Source: Escherichia coli
Lineage (GTDB): Bacteria > Pseudomonadota > Gammaproteobacteria > Enterobacterales > Enterobacteriaceae
DNA: 64,000 nt
Assembly (NCBI RefSeq): GCF_003334785.1
Contig: NZ_QOWV01000011.1
Reading direction: 5' to 3' (one strand)
The notes below the pieces were generated by a model. The model had not been told where the DNA came from. It saw only the letters and a program-made list of their open reading frames with translations, and did no database searches. Shown here in pieces: positions 13,251 to 25,076 of this stretch (within the stretch, counting starts at the first letter, position 1; each line of letters opens with the position of its first letter). Both the position numbers and the translations under genes were made by a program.

Positions 13251-13580
13251 CTACGATTTGCGCATGCTTAACAGTGCGCCGATAAAAATACCTACCGCAG
13301 CTGCTGTACCCACGCTACACCAGGGTCTTTCACGAACAAAAGAATCCGCGCAGCCAACGGCATCGCGCGCGGCTTGCTGGACGCGAGTACGACCATGCAT
13401 TCGCGCCCTGGTTTCTTTCAGCAATGCCTGAGCTTTACTGCGTGCGGCTTCAGCTTCCCCTTTGGCGTCGCTGCCCCAGGACTTCAATACAGATTCGAGG
13501 CTGTCAGCTAATTGATTGACATCATTCTGGATATCCTGCACGCCATCATCAACGTCGTTGCGGTTCGGTCGGTTAAACAT
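13251..13580 (-). CDS. ygaM: Ribosome-associated membrane-anchored protein YgaM (ElaB family, DUF883)
   Basis: ORF track 13251..13592; start taken at MFNRPNRNDVDDGVQD (109 aa); C-terminal TM helix. Confidence 0.85.
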   Translation of the reverse strand: MFNRPNRNDVDDGVQDIQNDVNQLADSLESVLKSWGSDAKGEAEAARSKAQALLKETRARMHGRTRVQQAARDAVGCADSFVRERPWCSVGTAAAVGIFIGALLSMRKS

Positions 13581-13731
13581 ATGATCCCCCATTAGAATTC
13601 GATGTAATTTTCAGTGTAGACCATAATTTTCTTAACTGAGGTTCATCGCGGCTTTATGGACTTTTCTGAAAGCGTTGTGAATGCGCAATCAGGTAAGGTA
13701 GGCCCGCGGTTGATAATAACGAGGATCAAAT

Positions 13732-14076
13732 ATGTATTTACGACCAGACGAGGTGGCGCGCGTACTTGAAAAAGTCGGTTTTACTGTCGATGTGGTAACC
13801 CAGAAAGCGTATGGTTACCGCCGTGGGGAAAATTATGTCTATGTTAATCGCGAAGCGCGAATGGGACGTACCGCTCTGGTAATTCATCCAACATTAAAAG
13901 AACGCAGTTCGACACTGGCTGAACCCGCTTCTGATATTAAAACTTGCGATCATTACCAGCAATTTCCGCTCTATTTAGCAGGCGAGCGACACGAGCATTA
14001 CGGTATCCCGCATGGCTTTAGTTCGCGTGTTGCGCTTGAACGTTATTTGAATGGTTTATTTGGCGAAGCCAGTTAA
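13732..14076 (+). CDS. ygaC: Uncharacterized protein YgaC (DUF2002)
   Basis: 114-aa [27 protein letters not shown]...; synteny between ygaM and alaE. Confidence 0.88.
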
Positions 14077-14112
14077 AGACGCGACTGGCGATGCCAGTCG
14101 CGAAAAGAAGAG

Positions 14113-14562
14113 TCAGGCTTTTACCTGCTGGTAACGGCTGACTTTAAACAGTCGGCGGCAATAATCGAGGAAGTAGCCATAAACCGCCCCCATCAACATC
14201 GAAACAACGATGTTTGAACTGACCGCCGCCATAATCTGATGCCAGTCTGCGCCCACCACTAACAAGATCGCCACATACACCGGTGACTGGAACGTCACAT
14301 AAGCCAGGATATCCGCCAGATTTTTTATCCAGCCCGACGGGCTAACTTTGCGTGCCGCGCGCATAAACAGATCACGGTACATACCGTATGGCCATGCAAT
14401 TAAGATGTTCACCGGAATCGCTACCAATCTGGAATAAAAAGACTGTTCGAAGCTCATTCCGGAGAGGAAAACTTCAATACACATGTTCACGACAGAACAG
14501 TAAACAACCATCGCGAACGTATCTGCAACTGCATGACGCAAGCGTGACTGCGGTGAGAACAT
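14113..14562 (-). CDS. alaE: L-alanine exporter AlaE (YgaW)
   Basis: 149-aa membrane ORF; position adjacent to stpA. Confidence 0.88.
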   Translation of the reverse strand: MFSPQSRLRHAVADTFAMVVYCSVVNMCIEVFLSGMSFEQSFYSRLVAIPVNILIAWPYGMYRDLFMRAARKVSPSGWIKNLADILAYVTFQSPVYVAILLVVGADWHQIMAAVSSNIVVSMLMGAVYGYFLDYCRRLFKVSRYQQVKA

Positions 14563-15230
14563 GCTAATGCTCCTTAATAAAAGCGTAATGGGATGTTAAT
14601 GGAGATGAAAGCAGTGGATCTCATTGCCATCTGCATTTTCGCATAGCGTATATCGCTGGCTATGACTAATCAATTAGTGAAAAATTTTTATTTAGTCAGT
14701 TTTTGTAGATAAAATATTCCGTAACGGCTCGTTTTTTGTACATTGTGGATTTTTACATGCCGATATGATTTATTTTTAATTAAATCAATTAGATATGGCC
14801 TTACCTTTAATATCACTAATGAAAGTTTGGGGGTGAGGTAACGCTATAAGCGTAGAGAATTCGGTGTATGTAGTAGCTGGGTCATTTTCAGCATTTTTTA
14901 TGCCAGACAATGTACATTAACAGCAGAAAGCACCAGTGATGGATGTTTTCTTTTATTCTGTTATATTGCATTTTTATTCACTTTGATTTTGTCAGGCTTG
15001 CGGAATTAGCGAGCAGAGAGCGCCGCTCTGTTCACCAATAATCTAAATTACTCATCAAAATGGCTAATATATAATCTTGAAATTATTCTGAGAGTTTCAG
15101 AAAATAACAGCTGAAATAATCTCGCGCAGGACTGTAAATAGATTAAATTTTGTGGAAATATAATAAGTGATCGCTTACACTACGCGACGAAATACTTTTT
15201 TTGTTTTGGCGTTAAAAGGTTTTCTTTATT

Positions 15231-15635
15231 ATGTCCGTAATGTTACAAAGTTTAAATAACATTCGCACCCTCCGTGCGATGGCTCGCGAATTCTCCATTG
15301 ACGTTCTTGAAGAAATGCTCGAAAAATTCAGGGTTGTCACTAAAGAAAGACGTGAAGAAGAAGAACAGCAGCAGCGTGAACTGGCAGAGCGCCAGGAAAA
15401 AATTAGCACCTGGCTGGAGCTGATGAAAGCTGACGGAATTAACCCGGAAGAGTTATTGGGTAATAGCTCTGCTGCTGCACCACGCGCTGGTAAAAAACGC
15501 CAGCCGCGTCCGGCGAAATATAAATTCACCGATGTTAACGGTGAAACTAAAACCTGGACCGGTCAGGGCCGTACACCGAAGCCAATTGCTCAGGCGCTGG
15601 CAGAAGGTAAATCTCTCGACGATTTCCTGATCTAA
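15231..15635 (+). CDS. stpA: H-NS paralogue, DNA-binding protein StpA
   Basis: 134-aa [36 protein letters not shown]...; preceded by a ~670-bp AT-rich regulatory region. Confidence 0.94.
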   Translation: MSVMLQSLNNIRTLRAMAREFSIDVLEEMLEKFRVVTKERREEEEQQQRELAERQEKISTWLELMKADGINPEELLGNSSAAAPRAGKKRQPRPAKYKFTDVNGETKTWTGQGRTPKPIAQALAEGKSLDDFLI

Positions 15636-15681
15636 TTACTGAGGCCGGATGTCGCTGCTAGGGCGCGTCCGGCGTCGCTTC

Positions 15682-16206
15682 TCAAGCTCGTTGGTTCCAC
15701 GGCATCTTATCTAACAACCTTGCCATTCCACAAAAACCGCTGATTCCTGCAAACAGTAACCCGGCACCAACAAAGCCACTTAATAAGAAGAAACCGCTAT
15801 TTACGGTATAACCCAGTACAACGCCGATTAATATTAAACCACCCGCAGCGATCTGCACCTGGCGCATTAACGGCAAGGGTTGAGATTTATTTACCGCTAC
15901 TGGCAATCCTGCTTTTTTCCAGCCATCAATCCCATCTTCGAGTAAAAAGATTTCTGCGGGGGCGGCAATCGCTGCTAATTTATCGGCATTATTACTGGTG
16001 CGTTTACCTGCCTGGCAGTGGAATATAATTTGCTCGTGACGTAATTTAGCCGGAAGACCTGACTGTTCCAGCACGGATAATGGAGCCAGATCTGCTTCAG
16101 GAATATGTTCACGAAGATATTCATCAGCATCACGAATATCGATTAACTTTGCGCCGCGTGCGATTAATTCTTGTGCATCATGCGGCGAAATGGTTGTCAA
16201 AGCCAT
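15682..16206 (-). CDS. ygaP: Membrane-anchored rhodanese-domain sulfurtransferase YgaP
   Basis: 174-aa ORF with rhodanese active-site CQAGKRT and C-terminal TM helices; downstream of ygaV. Confidence 0.88.
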
Positions 16207-16215
16207 AGTGACTCC

Positions 16216-16515
16216 TTACGGACAATAGACATTTTTCAGGGTGGCGATAATGGCATTTACCGCCTCATTTTTAATGGAATATAGAATGCGTTGGGCATCC
16301 CGTTGGCTGTCGATAAGCCCTTCGTCCCGCATACGAGCGAGATGCTGTGATGTCGCAGAGGCACTCAGTCCGGTAATGCGCGTCAGCTCTCCCGCGCTGG
16401 TGCCGGGGGAACCGCTAAGCATGCACAGAATCAGCAATCGTTTAGGGTGGCTCATTGCTTTCAATAAGGCCGCTGCCTGTTCGGCACTGGCCTGTAATTG
16501 CGCGAGTTCAGTCAT
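16216..16515 (-). CDS. ygaV: ArsR/SmtB-family transcriptional regulator YgaV
   Basis: 99-aa ORF with HTH; forms operon with ygaP. Confidence 0.88.
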   Translation of the reverse strand: MTELAQLQASAEQAAALLKAMSHPKRLLILCMLSGSPGTSAGELTRITGLSASATSQHLARMRDEGLIDSQRDAQRILYSIKNEAVNAIIATLKNVYCP

Positions 16516-16697
16516 ATTTATTTAAGTATTTTCTAAATTAAGTAAACTCTAAACTAAAAATGCAACATATACCAGCCTCAGCAGCGTAAATGAGAGTAAA
16601 AGCGTAAGCTGAAACTGGCAGGCTCCGCTAAAATTACTACGCTTAAGAGATAAAATCTCTTTTTAAACAATGAGTAATTTTCTTATAGGGAGTACAT

Positions 16698-16856
16698 ATG
16701 GGTTTCTGGAGAATCGTCATCACCATCATTCTGCCGCCGCTCGGCGTGCTGCTCGGTAAAGGGTTCGGTTGGGCGTTCATTATTAATATTCTGTTGACAC
16801 TGCTTGGGTATATCCCCGGTTTGATTCACGCGTTCTGGGTGCAAACCCGCGATTAA
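16698..16856 (+). CDS. yqaE: Pmp3/UPF0057-family small membrane protein YqaE
   Basis: 52-aa ORF MGFWRIVITIILPPLGVLLGKGFGWAFIINILLTLLGYIPGLIHAFWVQTRD read from the sequence; below the ORF-track length cutoff on the plus strand. The antisense 61-aa ORF at 16683..16868 is not called. Confidence 0.85.
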   Translation: MGFWRIVITIILPPLGVLLGKGFGWAFIINILLTLLGYIPGLIHAFWVQTRD

Positions 16857-16939
16857 ACCTGTGCTCATCCCCGCGGCGTTAACGCGCCGCGTTCCTCTGC
16901 TACACTTTCTGAGTGTTTCCGTTAACGAATGAGGTAGCT

Positions 16940-17389
16940 ATGGGTCTGTTCAATTTTGTGAAAGATGCCGGAGAAAAACTCTGGGACGCGGTTACAGGTC
17001 AGCACGATAAAGACGATCAGGCGAAGAAGGTGCAGGAGCATCTGAACAAAACCGGTATACCGGATGCCGATAAAGTGAATATTCAAATTGCCGACGGCAA
17101 AGCGACGGTCACTGGTGACGGCCTGAGTCAGGAGGCGAAGGAGAAAATCCTTGTTGCGGTGGGGAATATTTCCGGTATTGCCAGTGTCGATGATCAGGTG
17201 AAAACGGCGACACCAGCCACTGCCAGCCAGTTTTATACCGTTAAGTCTGGCGACACTCTGAGTGCCATTTCCAAACAGGTCTACGGTAACGCTAATCTGT
17301 ACAATAAAATCTTCGAAGCGAATAAACCGATGCTAAAAAGCCCGGATAAAATTTATCCGGGGCAAGTGTTGCGTATTCCGGAAGAGTAG
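16940..17389 (+). CDS. kbp: Potassium-binding BON/LysM protein YgaU (Kbp)
   Basis: ORF track 16913..17389; start at [15 protein letters not shown] (149 aa); C-terminal LysM motif ([30 protein letters not shown]). Confidence 0.88.
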
Positions 17390-18052
17390 TTAATTGCCAG
17401 CCATCGCCTGCTGGATAATGGGAATTGGCGTCAGTAAATGCTGGCGCATTAACTCACTGGCGCGCGCGGTATCTCGCGCCAGTACCGCCGCAGTCAGGGT
17501 CTGGTGCTGATCGTGTTTATCCTCCAGCATTTCCACCGAAAGCACCGTTCGCCGCAGCCAGATAAATCGATAACGCGCCGCCAGATCAAACAACCGTTCA
17601 CGCATTTGCAGCAAATAGTGAGAACCACAGCCCGCCACAATTGCCGTATGAAACGCCTGATGACGCAGATCCCACTCATCAAGCATTTTCTCGCTGGCGT
17701 CACAGGCCTCAAGCTTACTCAGCAGATGCGCTTTTGCGAGAACGTCTGCCTCCCACTCATCGCCACCGCGGGCAATCGCCAGACTCACTAACATCGCTTC
17801 CATATTGGCGCGGGCGTCGAAAATATCGAGCAGCTCCTGCTCTGACATAGACGCCACCCGATACCCTTTTTGATTCACCACCGTGACCAGCCGTTCCGCC
17901 ACCAGTTGCGAAAGAGCTTCCCGTAACGGCCCAACGCCAAGTGCATAACGCGATGTCAGCAAACTCATTCGTAATTTTTCATCCGGTTGAAAATTACCGC
18001 GAATAATATCGTTCTTCAGCCAGCGATAGCCATCCAGAGACGTAATGGTCAT
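17390..18052 (-). CDS. csiR: GntR-family regulator CsiR (GabC)
   Basis: ORF track 17390..18070; start at MTITSLDGYRWLKNDII (220 aa); downstream of gabP. Confidence 0.9.
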   Translation of the reverse strand: MTITSLDGYRWLKNDIIRGNFQPDEKLRMSLLTSRYALGVGPLREALSQLVAERLVTVVNQKGYRVASMSEQELLDIFDARANMEAMLVSLAIARGGDEWEADVLAKAHLLSKLEACDASEKMLDEWDLRHQAFHTAIVAGCGSHYLLQMRERLFDLAARYRFIWLRRTVLSVEMLEDKHDQHQTLTAAVLARDTARASELMRQHLLTPIPIIQQAMAGN

Positions 18053-18072
18053 GGTGTGACTCCTGATCATGA

Positions 18073-19473
18073 TCAGCGCGTATTATGAACGGGTGTTTTT
18101 TGCCACAATACCAGCTTTTTCCAGCGAGCCATAATTGGCACGGTACAGATAATCCCTATCGCTAATAAGCCGGTGGAGATCACTTCTAACTGTTGCGCCG
18201 GACGGAATAGCATCACTACCAACACAAAGGTAATAAAGCCGATGACTAGCCAGGTGAGCCACGGATAAAGCCACATTCGCAAGCGAATTTCGCTTCCTTC
18301 TGCTCGCAGAATTTTGCGCATCCGCAACTGTGAAACGGCGATGACTAAATAAACCAGCAGGGCGATAGCGCCGGAGCTGTCGATCAGAAATTTAAATACC
18401 TTCGCAGGCGCGTAATAGTTCACCACCACCGTTAAGAATGCCGCGCCGGTGGAGAGTAACACCGCCACGTACGGGGTTTTACTGCGGTTGATTTTACCCA
18501 TTACCGCGGGAGCATCACCGCGACGACTTAAGGAGTAGAGCATCCTTGACGCGGTATACAGCGCCGAGTTCAGGCAACTGGTTACGGAAAGTAATATCAC
18601 GCAGTCCATGATTAATTTCGCATGGGGAATATTGAGCAATTCCAGTACCGAGCGATAAGAACCGACGGCTTTTAGTCCGGGCATATTCCACGGAATTAAT
18701 GCCACGACGACAAAAATAGAACATAAATAGAAGATAGAAATACGCCAGATAACCGAGTTGGTGGCGCGGACAATATGTTTTTCCGGCGTGTCGGATTCCG
18801 CGGCGGCAATGGTGACAATTTCTGCGCCCATAAACGAGAACATGGTGATCAACATCGCGCTTAATACCGCACCGAAACCGTTTGGCATAAAGCCGCCGCT
18901 ATCCCACAATCTTGAGATCCCGCTCACTTCGGCATACGGGTAAAAACCGCTAATTGCGACTGCACCAAGGAAAATAAAGGCCAGGATAGCGATGACTTTG
19001 CACAGCGCCAGCCAGAACTCAAATTCGCCGTAGTTTTTAACGCTTAATAAGTTACTGCCAGTTAAGGCGAGGGTAATGACGAGGGAAAATAACCAGATGG
19101 GAATGCCTGGAACCCATGAGTGCAGGATCATGGCGGCGATGTTGGCTTCCAGCGGGATAACCAGTACCCAAAACCACCAGTACAACCAGCCGATGGTATA
19201 GCCCGCCCAGCGACCAATGGCTTTATCGGCATAGGTGGAAAACGAACCGGTATCGGGCGTGGCAACCGCCATTTCCGCCAACATCCGCATAATCATAACC
19301 ACCAGTAGCCCGGCGAACAGATAGGCCAGTAATACCGCCGGGCCCGCTTCGGCGATGGCGACGCTGGAACCGACAAACAGACTTGCGCCGATAACACCGG
19401 CAATAGACAACATGGTGACGTGGCGTGACTTCAGCCCGCCGCCTAACTCATGTGGTTGCGATGATTGCCCCAT
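18073..19473 (-). CDS. gabP: GABA permease GabP (APC family)
   Basis: ORF track 18073..19536; start at MGQSSQPHELGGGLKSRHVTMLSIAG (466 aa). Confidence 0.92.
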   Translation of the reverse strand: MGQSSQPHELGGGLKSRHVTMLSIAGVIGASLFVGSSVAIAEAGPAVLLAYLFAGLLVVMIMRMLAEMAVATPDTGSFSTYADKAIGRWAGYTIGWLYWWFWVLVIPLEANIAAMILHSWVPGIPIWLFSLVITLALTGSNLLSVKNYGEFEFWLALCKVIAILAFIFLGAVAISGFYPYAEVSGISRLWDSGGFMPNGFGAVLSAMLITMFSFMGAEIVTIAAAESDTPEKHIVRATNSVIWRISIFYLCSIFVVVALIPWNMPGLKAVGSYRSVLELLNIPHAKLIMDCVILLSVTSCLNSALYTASRMLYSLSRRGDAPAVMGKINRSKTPYVAVLLSTGAAFLTVVVNYYAPAKVFKFLIDSSGAIALLVYLVIAVSQLRMRKILRAEGSEIRLRMWLYPWLTWLVIGFITFVLVVMLFRPAQQLEVISTGLLAIGIICTVPIMARWKKLVLWQKTPVHNTR

Positions 19474-19623
19474 CCTGAATCCTCTCGAAAGTGTGTCACT
19501 TGGGAGAGCGCCCCGACATTTCCCGCGCCGGGTCACGCGTATAATTGTTATTGATTCTTTTTGCCGGAGAGCGGCTCCGCCTTACCCGGCCAACATAGAT
19601 TTCTTCCTGTTCACGTACAGATT

Positions 19624-19700
19624 GTCGGATGCGGCGTAAACGCCTTATCCGACCTGGATCCCCGTAGGCCGGACAAGACGCGCAGCGTCGCCTCCGGCAT
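19624..19700. repeat. REP element pair in the gabT-gabP intergenic region
   Basis: gtcggatgcggcgtaaacgccttatccgacc and cgtaggccggacaagacgcgcagcgtcgcctccggca fit the REP consensus. Confidence 0.75.
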
Positions 19701-19710
19701 AGGAGCGGCG

Positions 19711-20991
19711 CTACTGCTTCGCCTCATCAAAACACTGGCTGATGATCTCCAGACCCTGACGGATCTGAGCGTCTTCAATGGTGAGCGGTACAAGGATGCG
19801 CAGCACGTTGTAATACGGGCCGCAGGAGAGAAGAATCAGGCCTTTATCGCGGGCGCGAGCCACGATCTCGGCGGTGAGTTTGGCGTCCGGCTTGTTGTGA
19901 TCGCCGTCTTCAAACAGCTCAATGGCGATCATCGCCCCCAGCCCGCGTACGTCGCCGATCTCCGGGTGTTTTTCGGCTATCGCCAGCAATCCGTCTTTCA
20001 ACTTCTGCCCCAGATCGTTGGCTTTTTGCAGCAGATTTTCCTGCTCAAACACCTTCAACACTTCCAGCGCAGCCACGCAGGCAATCGGGTTACCCGCATA
20101 GGTGCCGCCCAGACCGCCTGGAGCGACGGCATCCATTACTTCCGCGCGCCCGGTGACGCCCGCCAGCGGGAAGCCGCCCGCGATCGATTTCGCAAAGGTG
20201 GTAAGATCCGGCGCAACGCCCATCTGCTCCATCGCAAACAGCGTGCCGGTACGCCCCGCGCCGCTCTGCACTTCATCGGCAATCAGCATGATCCCGTGCT
20301 CGTCACACAGAGCGCGTAAACGCTGCATAAAGGCTGGCGACGAGGCGTAGAAACCGCCTTCGCCCTGAACCGGCTCAATCACGATGGCGGCGATATCTTC
20401 CGGCGCGGCATCATTTTTGAAGATCCGGTGGATGCTGGCGATAGCGTCATCCTCGCTTATGCCGTGCAGCGGGCAAGGATAAAGCGCGCGATAAACATGA
20501 CCCGGCATCAGCCCCATGCCCGCAGAGTACGGATTCACCTTGCCGGTCAGCGCCAGCGTGTAATGCGTGCGCCCGTGATACGCGCCGCTAAAAGCGATGG
20601 TGCCGCTACGTTTGGTGGCGGCGCGGGCGATTTTTACCGCGTTTTCCACCGCTTCGGAACCGGTCGTAACCAGCAGCGTTTTCTTGGCGAAATCGCCCGG
20701 CACCTTCTGATTCATAATCTCGCACAGCTCCAGATACGGCTCGTAAGCCAGCACCTGGAAGCAGGTGTGCGACAGTTTTTTCAACTGCGCTTCCACCGCG
20801 GCCACCACCTTCGGATGCAGGTGCCCGGTATTGAGCACCGCAATCCCGCCCGCGAAATCAAGATACTCACGGCCTTCAACGTCCCACACCCGGCAGTTTT
20901 CCGCGCGGTCAGCGAAAATCGGGTGAATTTGCCCAACGCCACGGGGAATCGCCTGACTGCGGCGCTGCATTAACTCTTTATTGCTGTTCAT
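19711..20991 (-). CDS. gabT: 4-aminobutyrate aminotransferase GabT
   Basis: ORF track 19711..20997; start MNSNKELMQRRSQAIPRGV (426 aa); PLP aminotransferase class III. Confidence 0.93.
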   Translation of the reverse strand: MNSNKELMQRRSQAIPRGVGQIHPIFADRAENCRVWDVEGREYLDFAGGIAVLNTGHLHPKVVAAVEAQLKKLSHTCFQVLAYEPYLELCEIMNQKVPGDFAKKTLLVTTGSEAVENAVKIARAATKRSGTIAFSGAYHGRTHYTLALTGKVNPYSAGMGLMPGHVYRALYPCPLHGISEDDAIASIHRIFKNDAAPEDIAAIVIEPVQGEGGFYASSPAFMQRLRALCDEHGIMLIADEVQSGAGRTGTLFAMEQMGVAPDLTTFAKSIAGGFPLAGVTGRAEVMDAVAPGGLGGTYAGNPIACVAALEVLKVFEQENLLQKANDLGQKLKDGLLAIAEKHPEIGDVRGLGAMIAIELFEDGDHNKPDAKLTAEIVARARDKGLILLSCGPYYNVLRILVPLTIEDAQIRQGLEIISQCFDEAKQ

Positions 20992-21004
20992 TCGCATTCT
21001 CCAG

Positions 21005-22453
21005 TTAAAGACCGATGCACATATATTTGATTTCTAAGTAATCTTCGATGCCATACTTCGAACCTTCACGACCCAGACCCGAGGCTTTGATGCCGCCGAA
21101 CGGGGCCACTTCATTGGAAATAATGCCGGTATTGATGCCGACGATGCCGTACTCCAGCGCTTCGCCCACGCGGAAGACGCGGCTTAAATCACGGGCGTAG
21201 AAATAGGCGGCAAGGCCAAACTCGGTGTCATTGGCTTGCGCAATCACATCAGCTTCATCTTTAAAGCGGAACAGCGGGGCGAGGGGGCCGAACGTCTCTT
21301 CTTTCGACACTTTGGCGTTGGCCGGAACGTCCACCAGAATGGTCGGCTGGAAGAAGTTGCCGCCGCGTTCGTGCGCTTTACCGCCGCAAACCACGCGCGC
21401 GCCTTTCTCCAGCGCATCGGCAATATGCTCTTCCACTTTTGCTACCGCTTTTTCATCGATCAGCGGCCCGATGGTGACGCCGTTATCCAGCCCGTCGCCG
21501 ATGTGCAGTTTGCTCACTGCCTGCTGCAATTTTTCGGCAAAACGGTCATACACGCCGTCCTGCACATACAGGCGGTTGGCGCAGACGCAGGTTTGCCCGG
21601 CGTTGCGGAATTTCGAGGCCAGCGCGCCTTCCACGGCTTTGTCGAGGTCGGCATCGTCAAAGACGATAAACGGCGCGTTACCGCCCAGCTCCAGCGACAC
21701 TTTCTTGATGTCTTTCGCGCACTGTTCCATTAACTGGCGGCCAATTTCGGTCGAACCGGTAAACGACAGTTTGCGCACCAGCGGGTTACTGGTCAGTTCG
21801 TTACCGACCGCGCCCGCCGAACCGGTGACCACGTTAAATACCCCAGCCGGAACGCCCGCGCGGATCGCCAGCTCCGCCAGCGCCAGCGCAGAGAACGGCG
21901 TCTGACTGGCGGGCTTCAGCACCATGGTGCAGCCTGCTGCCAGCGCCGGACCGGCTTTGCGGGTAATCATCGCCGCCGGGAAGTTCCACGGCGTGATAGC
22001 CGCGGTGACGCCAATCGGCTGCTTGATAACAATCAGGCGTTTATCGGCCTGATGACCAGGAATGGTGTCGCCATAAATGCGTTTGCCTTCTTCGGCAAAC
22101 CACTCAATAAAGGAGGCGGCGTAGCTGATTTCGCCTTTCGCTTCGGCCAGTGGTTTACCCTGTTCGAGGGTCATCAGGCGCGCTAAATCGTCCTGATGCT
22201 CCATCATCAAATTGAACCAGTTGCGCAGAATGGTGGCGCGTTCTTTGGCGGTGAGCGCGCGCCAGGCGGGCAGGGCGCGGTTGGCGGCGTCGATAGCGGC
22301 GCGGGTTTCATCCGCGCCCATTTTCGGCACGCTACCCAGCTTGTCGCCGTTCGCCGGATTGGTGACGTCGATGGCTTCACCATTGTTGGCGTCCAGCCAT
22401 TCCCCGTTAATCAACGCCTGCTGGCGGAATAAGTTACTGTCGTTAAGTTTCAT
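21005..22453 (-). CDS. gabD: Succinate-semialdehyde dehydrogenase (NADP+) GabD
   Basis: 482-aa ORF MKLNDSNLFRQQALINGEWLDANNGE...; aldehyde dehydrogenase family. Confidence 0.93.
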   Translation of the reverse strand: MKLNDSNLFRQQALINGEWLDANNGEAIDVTNPANGDKLGSVPKMGADETRAAIDAANRALPAWRALTAKERATILRNWFNLMMEHQDDLARLMTLEQGKPLAEAKGEISYAASFIEWFAEEGKRIYGDTIPGHQADKRLIVIKQPIGVTAAITPWNFPAAMITRKAGPALAAGCTMVLKPASQTPFSALALAELAIRAGVPAGVFNVVTGSAGAVGNELTSNPLVRKLSFTGSTEIGRQLMEQCAKDIKKVSLELGGNAPFIVFDDADLDKAVEGALASKFRNAGQTCVCANRLYVQDGVYDRFAEKLQQAVSKLHIGDGLDNGVTIGPLIDEKAVAKVEEHIADALEKGARVVCGGKAHERGGNFFQPTILVDVPANAKVSKEETFGPLAPLFRFKDEADVIAQANDTEFGLAAYFYARDLSRVFRVGEALEYGIVGINTGIISNEVAPFGGIKASGLGREGSKYGIEDYLEIKYMCIGL

Positions 22454-22475
22454 CGCTACATCCTGTTTTCAAAGG

Positions 22476-23744
22476 TTATTGATTAAATGCGGCGTGTAAG
22501 GCATCCACACTACGTGCCGCTCGCAGCGTGCGTCCGGGGTTACTCTGGCTTGCCAACAGCGTTTGTACCTTGCTGACAATATGCGCACCAATAGGAATTG
22601 CTGATGTCGCTGCCGGGGAGGGCGCATTGCAGGTGTGGATCGTGCGCGGGGTGGTGACAAACAGAAAATCGTCAATCAGCTTGCCGTCCGGCGATACCGC
22701 CTGCGCCCGCACACCGGCGGGCCAGGGCTGGAGATCGCTTAACGAAAGCCGGGGACAATACTTTTGCACCAGCCGCAGATAGCCGCTTTTGCACAGCGAG
22801 TTTTTCATCTCGCCCAGTCCTGAGCGTAGATGGTTTTGCAGCACCCGGCGAATCCCCGACGAGCCCAAAATCTCCAGCGTGTCGCTAAATGAGAAGTCGC
22901 GCTTGCGATAGCCTTCGCGTTTGAAAGCCAGCACCGCGTTTGGCCCGACGGTCACGCTGCCGTCGATCATGCGGGTGAGATGAACGCCCAAAAACGGCAT
23001 TGCCGGGTCGGGAATGGGGTAAATCAGGTGGTTAACAATCTGGTTATGCTCCGGCGCAAGGCGGAAATACTCGCCACGGAACGGGCAGATGATAAAGCCC
23101 GGTTCGAGTCCGAGCATTTTCACCAGCCGGTCAGCCATCAGCCCGGAACAGCTAATCAGCGTTGATGCTTCATATTCGCCGCCCTGACGGGTACGTATCA
23201 CCACGCCGTTTTTATGCTCATTAAGCCCGCTGACTTCGGCGTTATAGATAATTTCACCGCCTCTGGACTGGAAGATTTTTGCCATCGCCGCCGTCACGTC
23301 GCGGTAGCTGACAATGCCGCTGGACGGCACAAAAATGCCGCCGAGCCCGGTGATATTCGGTTCGCGCTCGCGCAGTTCGTCGGCGTTAAGCCATTCGCGC
23401 TCGATACCGTTCGCCGCTGTGCGTTCCCATAAGGCGCGCATCCGTTCCATTTCGAGATCGGACGTGGCAACCAGCATCTTGCCGCAGTTGTCGTAGCGAA
23501 TGCCGTTTTGATCGCAAAAGGCTTTGGTGGCGCGGTTTCCCGCCAGGCAAAACTGCGCCTTCAGGCTGCCGGGCGTGTAATAGACCCCGGCATGGATCAC
23601 GCCGCTGTTGTGGCCCGTCTGGTGACAGGCCGGGCCGGACTCTTTTTCCAGCAACGCAATGCGGGCGTCCGGATAGACATCAATCAGTTGCATGGCGGTC
23701 GACATGCCGATGATGCCGCCGCCAATAATCACAAAATCATACAT
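22476..23744 (-). CDS. lhgO: L-2-hydroxyglutarate oxidase/dehydrogenase LhgO (YgaF)
   Basis: ORF track 22476..23810; start MYDFVIIGGGIIGMSTAMQL (422 aa) with FAD-binding GxGxxG. Confidence 0.92.
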   Translation of the reverse strand: MYDFVIIGGGIIGMSTAMQLIDVYPDARIALLEKESGPACHQTGHNSGVIHAGVYYTPGSLKAQFCLAGNRATKAFCDQNGIRYDNCGKMLVATSDLEMERMRALWERTAANGIEREWLNADELREREPNITGLGGIFVPSSGIVSYRDVTAAMAKIFQSRGGEIIYNAEVSGLNEHKNGVVIRTRQGGEYEASTLISCSGLMADRLVKMLGLEPGFIICPFRGEYFRLAPEHNQIVNHLIYPIPDPAMPFLGVHLTRMIDGSVTVGPNAVLAFKREGYRKRDFSFSDTLEILGSSGIRRVLQNHLRSGLGEMKNSLCKSGYLRLVQKYCPRLSLSDLQPWPAGVRAQAVSPDGKLIDDFLFVTTPRTIHTCNAPSPAATSAIPIGAHIVSKVQTLLASQSNPGRTLRAARSVDALHAAFNQ

Positions 23745-23763
23745 CCGCTCAATTCCTTTGCGC

Positions 23764-24900
<1,137 letters not shown>

Positions 24901-25076
24901 ATTAAGGCAAAGTGAGACAGGAAATGAATAACTAAAGCAACAGGTTAGGGGGAGTTAACATTAGAGAACAGATTATCTGGTCGATAAAAAACAGTAAATG
25001 GCTTCACTGCAAAATGACCGTTAGTAAACTAAACATATTATCTGCCCCGTTTTATCGGGGCAGATATAACATTAAA

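Noticed and set aside
14563-15230. Large AT-rich gap between alaE and stpA as a possible novel element
   Set aside because: This is the expected curved, AT-rich stpA regulatory region in a conserved core locus; nothing in the sequence suggests an insertion.
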